A DNA stretch of 64,000 nt, taken from the NCBI RefSeq assembly GCF_963921235.1, contig NC_086097.1, positions 49,788,001 through 49,852,000 on the forward strand. The letters are read 5' to 3'. Made by a program: the position numbers and the translations under genes. Source of the stretch: Mobula hypostoma. Lineage: Eukaryota. Positions within the stretch are counted from its first letter, which is position 1. Each line of letters begins with the position of its first letter. Shown piece by piece: positions 45,900-61,824 of the stretch. A model generated the notes under the pieces. That model searched no databases, was not told the DNA's origin, and saw only the letters and a list, made by a program, of their open reading frames with translations.

Positions 45900-48800
45900 C
45901 AATTTTATGACGAGGTGAATAACTATGGTGCATTTTGTAGATGGCACGTATTGCAGTTGTGGTGTTGGAGGAAATGTAATTTTAGAGCGGTGGATGGAGT
46001 TCCAATCAAGAGCACTGCTTTGTCCTGAATGACATTGACACTTTTAGAGCCGCACTCATCAGGGCAAGTATCACAGTGCTGATTGGTACTTGGCAGAGAG
46101 TGAAAGGCTTTGGGGTTTCAAGGGTTCAGTGAATTGCCTCAAGATGCCAAGTCTCTGACCTGTAGCCTTGGTATGTACATTTATGTAGTGAGTAAATATT
46201 CATCTTGTCATTGATAGACCCTAGGATGTGGACAAGGGGGAATTTGAAAATGGTAATGTCATTGAAGATCATAACTTGTTGAAAGTTGTCATATCCTGGC
46301 AATTTTGTGCCACTTGTCACATCAGCCTTTTGCCCTAATATTCCCTAGGTCTTGCTAAGTGCAGGCATAGACTGCTTTATTTGCTGAAAAGTTGCAAATG
46401 TAAATAAAGATCATTCAGTCAGTGGCAGACATCCCAACTTCTGACCTGCAAAACAGGAAAGGTCATTGATGAGTCAACCAATGATAGTTGGAGGTGATCC
46501 GAAGAGTCACCTGCAAGGATGATTCATCTCCAAACTATGTTCCTTTGTATGAGGCATGACTTCAAAGTTCAAAGTAAGTTTATTATCAAAGTACATATAC
46601 GTTACCGTATACAACTCTGAGATTCATTTTCTTGCAGGCATTCTCAATAAGTCCATAATAGAATAATAACCATAACAGAATCAATGAAAGACCGCACCAA
46701 CTTGGACGTTCAAACAATGTGCAAAAGACAACAAACAGTGCAGATACAAAACAAAAAAACATGATGATAATAATAAGTAAGCAATAAATATCAGGAACAT
46801 GAGATGAAGAATCCTTGAAAGTGAGTCCATAGGTTTTGGGAACAGTTCAATGATAGGCAAGTGAAACTGAGTGAAGTTATTTCCTCTGGTTCAAGAGCCT
46901 GATGGTTGAGGGGTAATAACTGATTCTGAACCTGGTGGTACAAGTCCTGAGGCTCCTGTACCTTCTTGCTGATGACAGCAGCGAGAAGAGAATATGACCT
47001 GGGTTGTGGGAATCCCTGATGATGGATGCTGCTTTCATATGACAGCATTCTAGATGGGCTTAATGGTGGAGAGATCTTTACCTATGATGGACTGGGCCAT
47101 ATCCACTACTTTTGTACAATTTTTCATTCAAGGGCATTGGTATTTCCATAGCAGGCTGTGATGCAGCCAGTCCATGTACACTCCTCCACACATCTTAGAA
47201 ATTTGTCAATGTTTTAGAAGTCATGTCAAATCTTTGCAAATTCCTAAGGAAGTAGAGGCACTGCCATGCTTTCTTCTTAAATGCACTTGCGTGCTGGTCC
47301 CAGTACAAGCCTTCTGAAATAATAGAGGAATTTAAAGTTACTGACCCTCTCCACCTCTGATCCTCCAATGAGTTCTGGCTCATGGACTACTGGTTTCCTT
47401 CTCCTGAAGTCAATAACCAGCTCCTTGGTCTTGCTGATATTGAGAAAGAGATGGTTGTTATGGCACCAGTCAGACAGATTCTCAATCTCCCTGTATAGGA
47501 TGAGCTCCATAGTGGAGTTACTTCAGTTTTAGACCCGCATTGATTTCAGCTCAGCCGGATTCCTATCAAATGCTGCCATGATATTCGGGGCACTCATTCC
47601 CATCTCAACTCAGGACCAAGGCTCTAAAGCGATCTGGAATTGTTGGCCAAGGCAATCAGAAGGGAGGTCATTGGTGAGTAAATACTGATGTTGGTACTGT
47701 CATTTACATTTTCCATGGCAATGCTAATGATTGACAGCTAGTGGGTGAAGGGTGATTAACTGAATTAGTTTGTGCCACTTTTTATGAACAGGGCATATTG
47801 TAGGAAATGTCAGTGTTTTAACTGAACTGGATAAGCTTGTTGAGAAGTAAAACTGATTTTTGACTACGGGTCTGCAGTACTGCAGCGGAGATTATTCTGG
47901 TCCTGTAGTCTTTTCTGTATCTAATGCTCTCAGCCATCTCTCTGATGATTGGGAATGTTGGGAGAAAGCCAGGATGGATCTTCTACTGGGCACCTTTGCA
48001 TTAACATGTCTGCAACTGTTTCAGCTTTGCTATTAGCACTGACGTGCTAGGCCCAACCATTGCTGAGGATGGATTGTTCTTGGAGCCTCCCCCTTCGACT
48101 ATCCCATCCTTGCTGCGATATGGCAAAACTGATCAATTGTTTGTGAGATCACACGACCCTGTCCAATGCATACCTTTTAGCAATTTCTGCTATTTGGTAC
48201 TCATAAATTTCGATGTGCACCTTCACCAGATTGGCAATCCATTTTAGGTACATGCTTGGCATGCCTTTCAGCACCAACTCCAAACACTGGTAATTGCACA
48301 GGAAAGGATCTGAGACCAGAGATTGTGCTGACATTTTTCTGTTGATGATGCTCCAAAATGCCTTATAGAAGCTCCATTTTTGGCAGATCTATTCTGAGTC
48401 TATCTTATTTAGTGTGACTCTCAACACAGAGGTTCTCCTCATTACGAAAACAGGGCTTTATCTCCAGAAGGACTGTGCAGTCACCACTTCTACCATTATG
48501 TCATGATTTTTTTTTTAAATGGAGAGAATGAGCTCATGCTCAAATAGATTTATCGCTCATATTGGTGTGCCTGCCAACTACTGCAGACCCAGCATAGTAG
48601 CTGTGTCTTTCAAGACCTGGCCAGTGGTGGCTGCCAGGCCATTCTTGGTGATGGATATTGAAGGTCTTCAGAGTACTCACTACTCTCAGTTTCTCCACCA
48701 AGAGTTGTTGAAGATAGCACCACACCAATTCAGGAGGTGATTTGGGAGAGCAAATGTTATTCAAGAGGATTCTTGATTGCATGATATTCAATGCTCTCTG

Positions 48801-48910
48801 CAACCAATGTAGAGGACTATCATTCCCTCTTGCCTGCATATCACAGTTGTCCGCACTGGTGAGTCTGTCCTGCAAGTAGGAACCAGTGATTGTGATGGAG
48901 TGAACGTTGC
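45900..48910 (-). mobile_element. Very old CR1/L2-group LINE remnant interrupted by a Rex1 copy
   Basis: Degenerate RT-like (..FIND..) and endonuclease-start segments on either side of 46560-47495. Confidence 0.35.
46560..47495 (-). mobile_element. Rex1/Babar LINE 3' fragment
   Basis: YREIENLSDWCHNNHLFLNISKTKELVIDFRR..ERVSNFKFL..KKAWQCLYFLR; (TTTGAAC) tail. Confidence 0.85.
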
Positions 48911-49126
48911 CTGCAAAGAATCTTTTTGGCTTCATCAGGCTTCTATATTTTGGAGCCAACACAGAAAATGCTGGAAGAAATTGACAGGTCTGGCAGCGCC
49001 TATGGAGGGAAATGGTCAGTCAATATTTCAGGTCAAGATTCCTCATCTGGACTCAGTTAGCTCACCTAATGCATGCCATCGATCTGCACCCAGACCATAG
49101 CCCTACATACTCCTCCCATCCATATA

Positions 49127-50728
<1,602 letters not shown>

Positions 50729-51480
50729 TACCTATCTAAATTTCTCTTAAATGTTGAGATTGAACCCATATCCACCACTTCCACTGGTTCTCCACACTCA
50801 CTCTCAGTGAAGTTCCCCCTTATGTTCCCCTTAAAGATTTCATGTTTCACCCTTAACCCATGACCTCGAATTCCAGTCTCACCCAACCTCAGTGGAAAAT
50901 GTGCTTACATTTACCATATCTATAGCCCTCATAATTTGGTATATTAAATCTCCCCTCATTCTCTCTCACTCTAGAGAATAGTTCATCTTTTCCCTATAAT
51001 TCAGATCCTCAGATCCTGGCAACATCCTTGTAAACTTTCTCTGCACTCTTTCAATCTTATTGATATCTTTCCTGTAGGTATGTAGTTGACCAGCACACAA
51101 TACTCCAAATTAGGCATCCATGTCTTATACAACTTCAACATAATATTTCGGCTCCTGTACTCAGAGCTTTGATTTATGAAGGCTAAGGTGCCAAAAGTTC
51201 TCTTTACAACCCTATCTACCTGTGATGCTACTTTCAGGGAATTATGGACCTGTATTCCCAGATCCCTTTGTTCTACTACACTCTTCAGTTTCCCTACTGC
51301 TCTCTCTCTCTTACCCTGGTTTGTCCCACCAAAATGCAACACCTCACACTTGTCTGAATTAAGTTCCATCTGTCATACTTCAGCCCATTTTTCCACCTGG
51401 TCCAGATTCCATTGCAGTCTTTGTTAGCCTTCCTTCCTCACTGTCCACTATGCCCCCCACAACCTTGGTGTCATTAATTA
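50729..51480 (-). mobile_element. CR1 LINE 3' fragment hosting the Tc1 (continues at about 49090-49126)
   Basis: MELNSDKCEVLHFG..QRDLGIQVHNSLK; 3' UTR split at catccata|TA|cctatc. Confidence 0.8.
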
Positions 51481-54037
51481 AAGTTTAACTCCAAAGCTGT
51501 GCTTGAGTTTTGACTTGGGACTTGCAGTTCAGTAACTGAATCACCGCACCATCACCATACCTTGACTAACTCACTGATTCTTTGATTCACCACCCAGGAA
51601 GCATTATAACTCTGTTTTCCTCACCACAGATGCTGCTTGACCTACTGAGTACTTTAAGCATTTTCTATTTTTATTTCATGTCCTACATACTTGTTTGCAG
51701 TTTGACACCTGCCTTTTCTGTTAGCATCTTGTTCCTTCTCACTCAGCATCAACAGAACAGCAAGAAGCATTCCATTTGCCCATGTCATTATATGAGATGC
51801 TCTCTTGCGATTGGCTCTTATTTATATAGAATGGAAAGGAAATGCTTATAACAGCAGGGGAAAAATTAGGAGTGGAGAACTATTGCTAACGGTGGAGTAA
51901 TGGTAAACTTACATAAGAAGTTTCACAAAACACTGGCAGTTTAGAAAAAACGAATAAACATAAGAAAATAGGAGCAGGAGTAAATCTCTCAGCCCCCGTC
52001 ATTCAGTATTGTGGCTGATCTGCCCAGTCTCTACTCTTTGTACCAGTTCCCACAGCCCCAATCTTCCAAACTTTAAGCATTACCTCCTTCCTCTTTAAAT
52101 ATTCCCAAATATGTTGGTTCTACAACCCTCTAGGATAGAGAATGAGATAGATTTACCCCCTCTGCAAGGTTTCTCACGGCAAATTTCAAATAACCACCGC
52201 TAACCTTGTAACAAACCTTCCCCCCCTTCAATATTCTCCCACAGGTGGAAATATGTGGACATGGCCTCTAGTATTCTCCTAGGTTTCAGCACTGCATCCG
52301 TTCATCTGAACTTCAAAGAATATGGATCTCTTTTTTTTTGAGGCTCTCAATAGTGTGAACCAATTCATAGGGGTGGTTCTGGGGAGAGTAAGGAGAGTTA
52401 CAAGTCAAGTTAGTGTTCAGGAACAGGAATGATGGGGAGTTAGAGGTCAGGGGCAGGAACCAGTGATCGGAGTCCAGGTTGGAGCACGCGATGGTTGAAG
52501 GCCAGTGATCCCCATGGAGAGATGTGGGTTTGCAAGCGTTGAGGATGAAGACCAACAAGCCCCATGGTCAATAACCGAGGTCAGCAGGTTCTGATGCTGA
52601 GAGTGCCGGTGACACCCCCCACCCCCCAGGTCAGTGAGCCCTGCGGTTGAAGGTCCATGTGAGTACCGAGGTTGAGTTCAAAGTCCCATGATCAGAAAGT
52701 CCTGGGGCTCAATACCCAACCATCAGTGAAGTCCAAGGATTGGCAATTCCAGAGATCAAAGGACGTAAAGTGTAGTCAGCAACGGAGGGCAAGGTCCAAA
52801 GTCCCTGGAGTGGTGTGTCCTGAGGCTGGAGGTCTCAAATCGCAGGGACCAATGTCTGCAAATCTGAGAGTCTGGTGCCAAAGACTGGAAGTCAGGGGCC
52901 CCAGAGGTGGCTTTATCATAGGGTTGGAGGCATGATTGTGCATGCGAATGGGAGGGTGAGAGGGTGCAAGGGTGCGAGAGGGGTTTGTTTTGTTATGGTG
53001 TTGGTGTTGCTTGTGTTGTTCTGCTGAACATAGTGAGTATGCTATGTTGGTGCCAGAATGTGTCTAGCATGTCCTTAAGTTGTGGTGGTCGTTAATGTCA
53101 ATGGCTCATTTCACTGTATGTTTCAATATACAGGTGATAAATAAATGAATCTGAACCTGATTCTGTTGGAAGATTGTTTTGTGCTTTGTAGTGAGTATTA
53201 ATGAAGTGAATGCCTTTCCTCATATAAACTTCAAGCTTATCTTTTAAAACCTTGCTGATGGCAGGAGGCAGTCTGCCTTGAATCTCACAGCTGACTCATT
53301 CTGCTTATTGTTTTGGTGACACAAGTAAAAGTTGAGAGATGTTTATGATGCAAGAGAATGGTTTGCCTAGAGATGGATAGTATTAGTGACTCTGTGATCT
53401 AGTTGTGTAATGCAGGTGATTTACCCAATGACTAAAATTGAAATGAGATGAAGGAAAGCTATGGCTGCCCTGCTGAGAAAGTAGATTCTCCTGTACAGTT
53501 CCATGAAAGCAGATGTATGTGGTCTTTAGAACATGAGGTGTCCAGCGGCAAGGTCTCCCCTTAACACTGGGTTCCACTGCTGTTATTTGATAATAAATTC
53601 TGACCTAGCCATTATTTTAACTGCAACAGAACCATTTTAGGTGCAGTTGCTGATATTTAAGGTATCTCTAAACATAGCCATTCCTGCTCATGATGGCAAA
53701 TTGACTTGATGCTTTGCAATCAGCCAACAATGCTTTGCAATTGGCCAACTCAATTTGCAATTTGGCTTAATTTCACAATTCACAATTCTGGGCCCAAGTA
53801 CACTCATCTATTAAATCTATTCCTTGTAATAACTTTCAGTCTTCTATTGCTTCCATTTTACTCCTTGAGGTACACCATTATGGCCCCTGAAAATTATACT
53901 CTAGTCACTGTTGTTCTTCAGGATTTCTTATGGGCCTGAACAATATGTAAAATTGCATGTCTTTATCCTTCTGATAAACCTGTGTCTTAGGTCTAAGCTC
54001 TGTCTTATTTTTTAATTCAATTTACTGTTCATCTCCA

Positions 54038-56137
54038 GGATGAACTACAACAATTGTTCATCCCAGTTTGGCAAAAGAATAAATCAAGGAAGGTAGTGCA
54101 CCCGTGGCTGACAAGAGAAATTAGGGATAGTATCAATTCCAAAGAAGAAGCATACAAATTAGCCAGAGAAAGTGGCTCACCTGAGGACTGGGAGAAATTC
54201 AGAGTTCAGCAGAGGAGGACAAAGGGCTTAATTAGGAAGGGGAAAAAAATTATGAGAGAAAACTGGCAGGGAACATAAAAATGGACTGTAAAAGCTTTTA
54301 TAGATATGTAAAAAGGAAAAGACTGGTAAAGACAAATGTAGGTCCCCTGCAGACAGAAACAGGTGAATTGATTATGGGGAGCAAGGACATGGCAGACCAA
54401 TTGAATAATTACTTTGGTTCTGTCTTCACTAAGGAGGACATAAATAATCTTCCAGAAATAGTAAGGGACAGAGGGTCCAGCGAGATGGAGGAACTGAGCG
54501 AAATACATGTTAGTAGGGAAGTGGTGTTAGGTAAATTGAAGGGATTGAAGGCAGATAAATCCCCAGGGCCAGATGGTCTGCATCCTAGAGTGCTTAAGGA
54601 AGTAGCCCAAGAAATAGTGGATGCATTAGTGATAATTTTTCAAAACTTGTTAGATTCTGCGCTAGTTCCTGAGGATTGGAGGGTGGCTAATGTAACCCCA
54701 CTTTTTAAAAAAGGAGGGAGAGAGAAACCGGGGAATTATAGACCGGTTAGCCTAACGTCGGTGGTGGGGAAACTGCTGGAGTCAGTTACCAAGGATGTGA
54801 TAACAGCACATTTGGAAAGCGGTGAAATCATCGGACAAGGTCAGCATGGATTTGTGAAAGGAAAATCATGTCTGACGAATCTCATAGAATTTTTTGAGGA
54901 TGTAACTAGTAGAGTGGATAGGGGAGAACCAGTGGATGTGGTATATTTGGATTTTCAAAAGGCTTTTGACAAGGTCCCACACAGGAGATTAGTGTGCAAA
55001 CTTAAAGCACACGGTATTGGGGGTAAGGTATTGGTGTGGGTGGAGAATTGGTTAGCAGACAGGAAGCAAAGAGTGGGAATAAACGGGACCTTTTCAGAAT
55101 GGCAGGCGGTGACTAGTGGGGTACCGCAAGGCTCAGTGCTGGGACCCCAGTTGTTTACAATATATATTAATGACTTGGATGAGGGAATTAAATGCAGCAT
55201 CTCCAAGTTTGCGGATGACACGAAGCTGGGTGGCAGTGTTAGCAGTGAGGAGGATGCTAAGAGGATGCAGGGTGACTTGGATAGGTTGGGTGAGTGGGCA
55301 AATTCATGGCAGATGCAATTTAATGTGGATAAATGTGAAGTTATCCACTTTGGTGGCAAAAATAGGAAAACAGATTATTATCTGAATGGTGGCCGATTAG
55401 GAAAAGGGGAGGTGCAATGAGACCTGGGTGTCATTATACACCAGTCATTGAAAGTGGGCATGCAGGTACAGCAGGCGGTGAAAAAGGCGAATGGTATGCT
55501 GGCATTTATAGCGAGAGGATTTGAGTACAGGAGCAGGGAGGTACTACTGCAGTTGTACAAGGCCTTGGTGAGACCACACCTGGAGTATTGTGTGCAGTTT
55601 TGGTCCCCTAATCTGAGGAAAGACATCTTTGCCATAGAGGGAGTACAAAGAAGGTTCACCAGATTGATTCCTGGGATGGCAGGACTTTCATATGAAGAAA
55701 GACTGGATGAACTGGGCTTGTACTCGTTGGAATTTAGAAGATTGAGGGGGGATCTGATTGAAACGTATAAGATCCTAAAGGGATTGGACAGGCTAGATGC
55801 AGGAAGATTGTTCCCGATGTTGGGGAAGTCCAGAACGAGGGGCCACCGTTTGAGGATAGAGGGGAAGCCTTTTAGGACCGAGATTAGGAAAAACTTCTTC
55901 ACACAGAGAGTGGTGAATCTGTGGAATTCTCTGCCACAGGAAACTGTTGAGGCCAGTTCATTGGCTATATTTAAGAGGGAGTTAGATATGGCCCTTGTGG
56001 CTACGGGGGTCAGGGGGTATGGAGGGAAGGCTGGGGCGGGGTTCTGAGTTGGATGATCAGCCATGATCATAATAAATGGCGGTGCAGGCTCGAAGGGCCG
56101 AATGGCCTACTCCTGCACCTATTTTCTATGTTTCTAT
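54038..56137 (+). mobile_element. Young 5'-truncated CR1 LINE, RT nearly intact
   Basis: Full RT motifs (PGPDG, NYRPVSL, YLDFQKAFDKV, GVPQGSVLGP, FADD); one frameshift near 54248 and one in-frame TGA at 55418-20; (TTCTATGT) tail. Confidence 0.95.
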
Positions 56138-56479
56138 ATACGTTTTCCAACAAGTTCTACATAGCCAGGTGGCCTGCCCCTTTCAACAACATGCTAATTG
56201 GCTTGATTGAACTCATTCCTCGCATGGAACATCTTCTTCAATACCACTCATTTATCCTTTTAGCTTCAGTCATTTAATCTTTTTACCCTTCAACTCAACT
56301 AGTTCTGTTAATTTCAAGATAGCTATGGAAAAAAGAGAGGATTGGTCCACAAGTTAAGGTCAAGTTTTTTGTCAGAAGTATACGTACCAGAACAGAAGTA
56401 CCATGAAAGTTAAAATTTCGTAGCAGCAGCATGGTATGTTAAGAACCTGACAAGTATAGGTTGACAAACTTATATTAGC

Positions 56480-57020
56480 TTGTGAACAGGAGAATGAGGG
56501 AAGATTTGATAGAGGGATACAAACTGATGAGGGGTATAAATAGGGTAAATGAACCCTACTGTGGTTGGGTGAGGCTAGAGCTGGAGATCATGTTTAAAGG
56601 TGGTGAGAGAGTGGAACGAGCTGCTGGTGGAAGTGGACTTTATTCTCTAGGATGTAGAAGACTGAGGGGAGATTTGATAGAGGTATACAAAATGATGAGG
56701 GATATAGATAGGGTACATGCTTGTAAGCTTTTTCCCTCAGGTTGGGTGAGTCGAGATCTAGAGTTTAGATTGAAAGGTGAAAAATTTAAGAAGAAACTGA
56801 GGGGAAACCTTGTCACTAAGAAGGTGGTGCGAGTGTGGAACAAGCTGCCACTGGAAATAGTAGAAACAAGTTCAATAGTAACATTGAAGAGAAGTTTGGA
56901 TGGGTAAGTACATAGAGATATAGAAGGTAATAGTCCAGGTGATTAGGCAGAAGACCAGACTGGCACAGAATAGTTGGGTCAAAAGGCCCATTTTTGTGCT
57001 ATACTGCTCTATGGCTCTAT
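56480..57020 (+). mobile_element. Tandem CR1 3' fragments
   Basis: Two successive RxDLIE.YK.MR segments. Confidence 0.7.
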
Positions 57021-57049
57021 AATTTATACCTATCCTACGGCATCTTCAT

Positions 57050-57306
57050 ACCGTAGCAGTTAGCAAAATGCTGTTACATCTTGGGACACCAGGATTCAAT
57101 TCCAGCATCCTCTGTAAGGAGATCGATATATCATCCCATTAGTGCATGGGTTTCCTCTAAGTGCTCTGGTTTCCTCCCACAGTCCAAAGATGTACTTGTT
57201 AGTAGGTTAGTTGGTTATTGTAAGTTGTCTTGTGATTAGGTTAGGGTTAAATCAGTGGGATGCTGGGCGTCAGAAGGGCCTGCTCCACGCTGCATCTCTG
57301 AATAAA
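57050..57306 (+). mobile_element. V-SINE-like element
   Basis: B-box-like ggattcaattcc and V-domain gggtttcctc..gtgctctggtttcctcccacagtccaaaga; A-rich end. Confidence 0.65.
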
Positions 57307-58207
57307 ATTAATTTAGATTAAAATGATGAAGAAAAGATAATGGCATTAGTACAAGTTGAGAAAGAGGGAGAAAGAAATTAAATATTGTCAAAGGTTCATT
57401 TATTATCAACGTATATATGCAGTATACAACTCTGAGATTCATCTTCTCCAGATAGCCAGAAAACAAAGAAAACCATGGAAGTCATTCGAAGAAAAGCATC
57501 AAACCCACACCTTTCACAAAAAAGAATGGCAACGCGATCATCAACCCCCATCCCCGCACAAAAACTAACAAAACACACCAAGTGGCAACAAGAACATCAA
57601 GCCCCAAAACCCCTCCCCTCACACAAAAAAACTAACAGACTTGCCACACAGTAACAAGAAAGAACGGGCGAAGACACAATCTAAAAATAAGACTGAAGAA
57701 GTCCACTGTCCGTAGTCCAATAGATAAACACAGAACCTTGGTAACAGCCTCTGACAGCATCTAGAGAGAGATATACCACTCAAATGCAGGAATCTTCCCT
57801 CCACAAACGCCAAGCAACAGACCATCACGCAGACGACTTTTCTGGTAGCAGAGAAATCTGTCCCAGCAGTGATCGAAGGGCAGGCAGTCAGCACTGAATC
57901 CTTGCTCAGTGGAAATAATAGAAACAAGGTCTTCAGGTTCCCAGACATGCTGCCCAAATTACCACAAGGCTAATTTTGATCACATTGCACAAAGATCAAT
58001 TAGGAGAGACTACTGATAGCTATAGGCACATCCAGCAAGTGGGAGACTTTTAAAAGTAAGACAGGAAGAGTTCAGGGCCAGCCTGTTGCTGTTAGTGAAA
58101 GGCAAGGCTGGCAGGTTTAGGGTTGATGAGAGATATTGAAGTAGTGGTCAGGAGAAAGAAGGGGCATTTATCAGGTATAGGCAACTGGAATCAAGCAAGT
58201 CCCTTGA

Positions 58208-58834
58208 TGTAGCAGCAGAATTAGGAGATTTGGCCCATGGAGGTAATCCACCAATCAGTCATGGCTGATTTTCTCCATATAACCTTTCATGCTCTTACTA
58301 ATCAAGAACTTATCTGCCTCCAGTTTGAATATACCCAATTATTTGGCTTCCACAGCCATCTGTGGCAATGAATTCAACTGATTCACTATCCTCTGGCTGA
58401 AGAAATTCCTTATTTCTGTTTTAAAGGGACATTTCTCTATTATGAGGCTGTGCCTTCTAGTCTTGGACTCCCCCACTATAGGAAACATCCTCTCCACATC
58501 CACTCTATCTAGGCCTTTCAATATTTGTCAGATTTCAATTAGATCCCCCTTTATTCTTCTAAACTCCAGTGAGTACAGGCCCAGAGCCATCAAAAGTTCC
58601 TCATATGTTAACAGTTTCATTCCCAGGATCATTCTCGTGAACATCCTTTCTTAGATAAGGGGCCAAAAACTGCTCAAAATATTCCAAGTGCAGTCTGATC
58701 AATGCTTTGTAAAGCCTCAGCATTACACCTTTGCTTATTATATTCTAATCCACTTGAAATGAAGGGTAACATTGCATTTGCCTTCCTCACTTCTAACTCA
58801 ACCTTAAAGTTAAATTTTAGAGAACCTTGTATTT
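58208..58834 (-). mobile_element. CR1 3' fragment with 8-bp target-site duplication
   Basis: TCCCTTGA at 58200-58207 and 58835-58842; KGLDRVDVERMFP remnants. Confidence 0.8.
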
Positions 58835-59934
58835 TCCCTTGAGGAGTACAGGGATGTAGGAATATATCTATGAAGGAAATTAAGAGGGCTTAAATGGGAC
58901 AGGAGATATTTCTGGCAGATAGGGAGAGAGTAGGTACCCTTAATCGTCGGTCTGATAATCTGTGTTTCGTGTCATAGACTGAGATGGCTGCCTTGTCTAT
59001 ATTGACTGTGGAGAAGGAGATGGAAGCTAGTGAGTTCAGGGAAGAGAATGGTGATGGCGATATCAACATTGTGGAGGAGGAGGAAATGGGCATCTTGAAG
59101 CACACTAAAATGGATAAATCCTTGGGGCCTGATTATTCTAAGGCACTGAGAAAGCAAAAGAGAAGATTACTGGGGTCCTAGCAGACATTTTTTAAAATCC
59201 TTTTAGCTGCACATAAGATACTGGAAGAATGAGAGGTTTCTAATGTTGGACTGCAAAAATAAACCAAGGAACTACAGGCTGGTAAGCTTTTCATCACCTG
59301 TAGGAAATTTACTGGAAGGGATTCTGAGATCAGGATTTATTTTCATTTGGAAAGGCAAAGACTGATTTGGGATAGTCAGCATAGCTTTGTTTATGGGAGA
59401 TTATGTCTTGCAAATTTGCTGAGAAAGTGACAAGAGGATTAATGAAGGCATGGTGGTGGACGTTGTCAACATGCACATTTGACTATGTCCCATGTGGTAA
59501 GCTGAAGGTCAGAATACATGTGATCCAAGGAGAATTGGCAAATTGGATTAAGAAAATGGTTTGGGTGTAGTAGGAAGTTGAGGATGCTTGTGGGGGATTG
59601 CTTTCCCCATCGGAGATCTGAGACCAGTAGTGTGCCATTGGGATGGGTGCTGGGTCCTTTATTGTTTTTCATATATACAGTATATTACTGATCTGAAAAA
59701 GAATGTAGGTGGAGTGTTAGTAAGTTTGCAGATGACAACAACATTCGTGTAATAGTGGACAAGAAGTTGTTTAAGGACCAGATCATTTGAGAAAGTGGAC
59801 AAGGGAATGTTGGATGGAATGTAACTTGGACAAGTGTGATGTTTCCTGCCTTCAACCAAAGCATTCGGAATAGGAGTTGAGATGCCATGTTACAGTTGTA
59901 CAAATTGTTCATTAGACCACAGTGGGAGTTTTGT

Positions 59935-61245
59935 ATAGAAACATAGAAACATAGAAAATAGGTGCAGGAGTAGGCCATTCGGCCCTTCGAGCCTGCACCG
60001 CCATTTATTATGATCATGGCTGATCATCCAACTCAGAACCCAGCCTTCCCTCCATACCCCCTGACCCCTGTAGCCACAAGGGCCATATCTAACTTCCTTT
60101 TAAACATAGCTAATGAACTGGCCTCAACAGTTTGCTGTGGCAGAGAATTCCACAGATTCACCACTCTCTGTGTGAAGAAGTTTTTCCTAACCTCGGTCCT
60201 AAAAGGCTTCCCCTCTATCCTCAAACTGTGACCCCTCGTTCTAGACCTCCCCAACATCGGGAACAATCTTCCTGCATCTAGCCTGTCCAATCCCTTTAGG
60301 ATCTTATACGTTTCAATCAGATCCCCCCTCAATCTTCTAAATTCCAACGAGTACAAGCCCAGTTCATCCAGTCTTTCTTCATATGAAAGACCTGCCATCC
60401 CAGGAATCAATCTGGTGAACCTTCTTTGTACTCCCTCTATGGCAAAGATGTCTTTCCTCAGATTAGGGGACCAAAACTGCACACAATACTCCAGGTGTGG
60501 TCTCACCAAGGCCTTGTACAACTGCAGTAGTACCTCCCTGCTCCTGTACTCGAATCCTCTCGCTATAAATGCCAGCATACCGTTCGCCTTTTTCACCGCC
60601 TGCTGTACCTGCATGCCCACTTTCAATGACTGGTGTATAATGACACCCAGGTCTCGTTGCACCTCCCCTTTTCCTAATCGGCCACCATTCAGATAATAAT
60701 CTGTTTTCCTATTTTTGCCACCAAAGTGGATAACTTCACATTTATCCACATTAAATTGCATCTGCCATGAGTTTGCCCACTCACCCAACCTATCCAAGTC
60801 ACCCTGCATCCTCTTAGCATCCTCCTCACTGCTAACACTGCCACCCAGCTTCGTGTCATCCGCAAACTTGGAGATGCTGCATTTAATTCCCTCATCCAAG
60901 TCATTAATATATATTGTAAACAACTGGGGTCCCAGCACTGAGCCTTGCGGTACCCCACTAGTCACCGCCTGCCATTCTGAAAAGGTCCCGTTTATTCCCA
61001 CTCTTTGCTTCCTGTCTGCTAACCAATTCTCCACCCACACCAATACCTTACCCCCAATACCGTGTGCTTTAAGTTTGCACACTAATCTCCTATGTGGGAC
61101 CTTGTCAAAAGCCTTTTGAAAATCCAAATATACCACATCCACTGGTTCTCCCCTATCCACTCTACTAGTTACATCCTCAAAAAATTCTATGAGATTCGTC
61201 AGACATGATTTTCCTTTCACAAATCCATGCTGACTTTGTCCGATG
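59935..61245 (-). mobile_element. Young 5'-truncated CR1 LINE with uninterrupted RT C-terminal ORF
   Basis: Open 395-aa frame, near-identical to about 54829-56137; (TTCTATGT)n tail. Confidence 0.95.
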
Positions 61246-61554
61246 TTGTTGTAAGGATGTGATTAACTGGAGAAGCTGCAAAAATAATTCACAGGAATGT
61301 TGCCTTGACTGGAGAGTTTGAGTTATAAAGAGAGATCAACTTCCACTCTGCTTTTAAATTCACTTGGTCTATTTCTGACTCCTCTCTCCCCTTCTCCAAT
61401 CTCTGACTCCACCTCTAAGACAAAATGTCTTCCAACATCTTTTATAAACTACTCATTCCCATTGCTATTTTGACTATTTCTTTTCTCACCTTTATCCTGT
61501 AAAAATGATCTTCCTTCTTCAGTTCCTTTGCCATTTCATTCTCACATCTGTTTC

Positions 61555-61820
61555 CACATCCTATAGACTCATTTTCAAGGACTTCATCTCATGTTCTTGA
61601 TATTTATTGCTTATTTATTTATTATTTTTTTTTTCTTTATATGTTTGCACAGTGTGTTGTTTTTTTGGACCATGGTTGTTTATCCACACAGTTTGGGTGT
61701 GGTCTTTCAATCATTCTATTGTGTTCCTTGTATTTAATGTGAATGCCCACAAGAAAGTGAATCTCAGGGTTGCATATGGAGACATATCTGTACTTTGATA
61801 ATAAACCTACTTTGAACTTC
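61555..61820 (+). mobile_element. Rex1/Babar 3' UTR fragment
   Basis: ttcaaggacttcatctcatgttctt..gaatctcagggttg..actttgaactt, matching the reverse complement of other Rex1 ends in the window. Confidence 0.65.
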
Positions 61821-61824
61821 CCTT

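Larger units (their letters stand above)
57960..61340 (+). mobile_element. Old CR1 LINE hosting two antisense CR1 insertions
   Basis: Degenerate ORF2 pieces at 58030-58207, 58835-59934 and 61246-61340, collinear across the inserts. Confidence 0.7.

Noticed and set aside
54955..56070. Antisense ORFs of 134 and 230 aa (also 60415-61119)
   Set aside because: Shadow frames of CR1 ORF2, duplicated simply because the element is duplicated.
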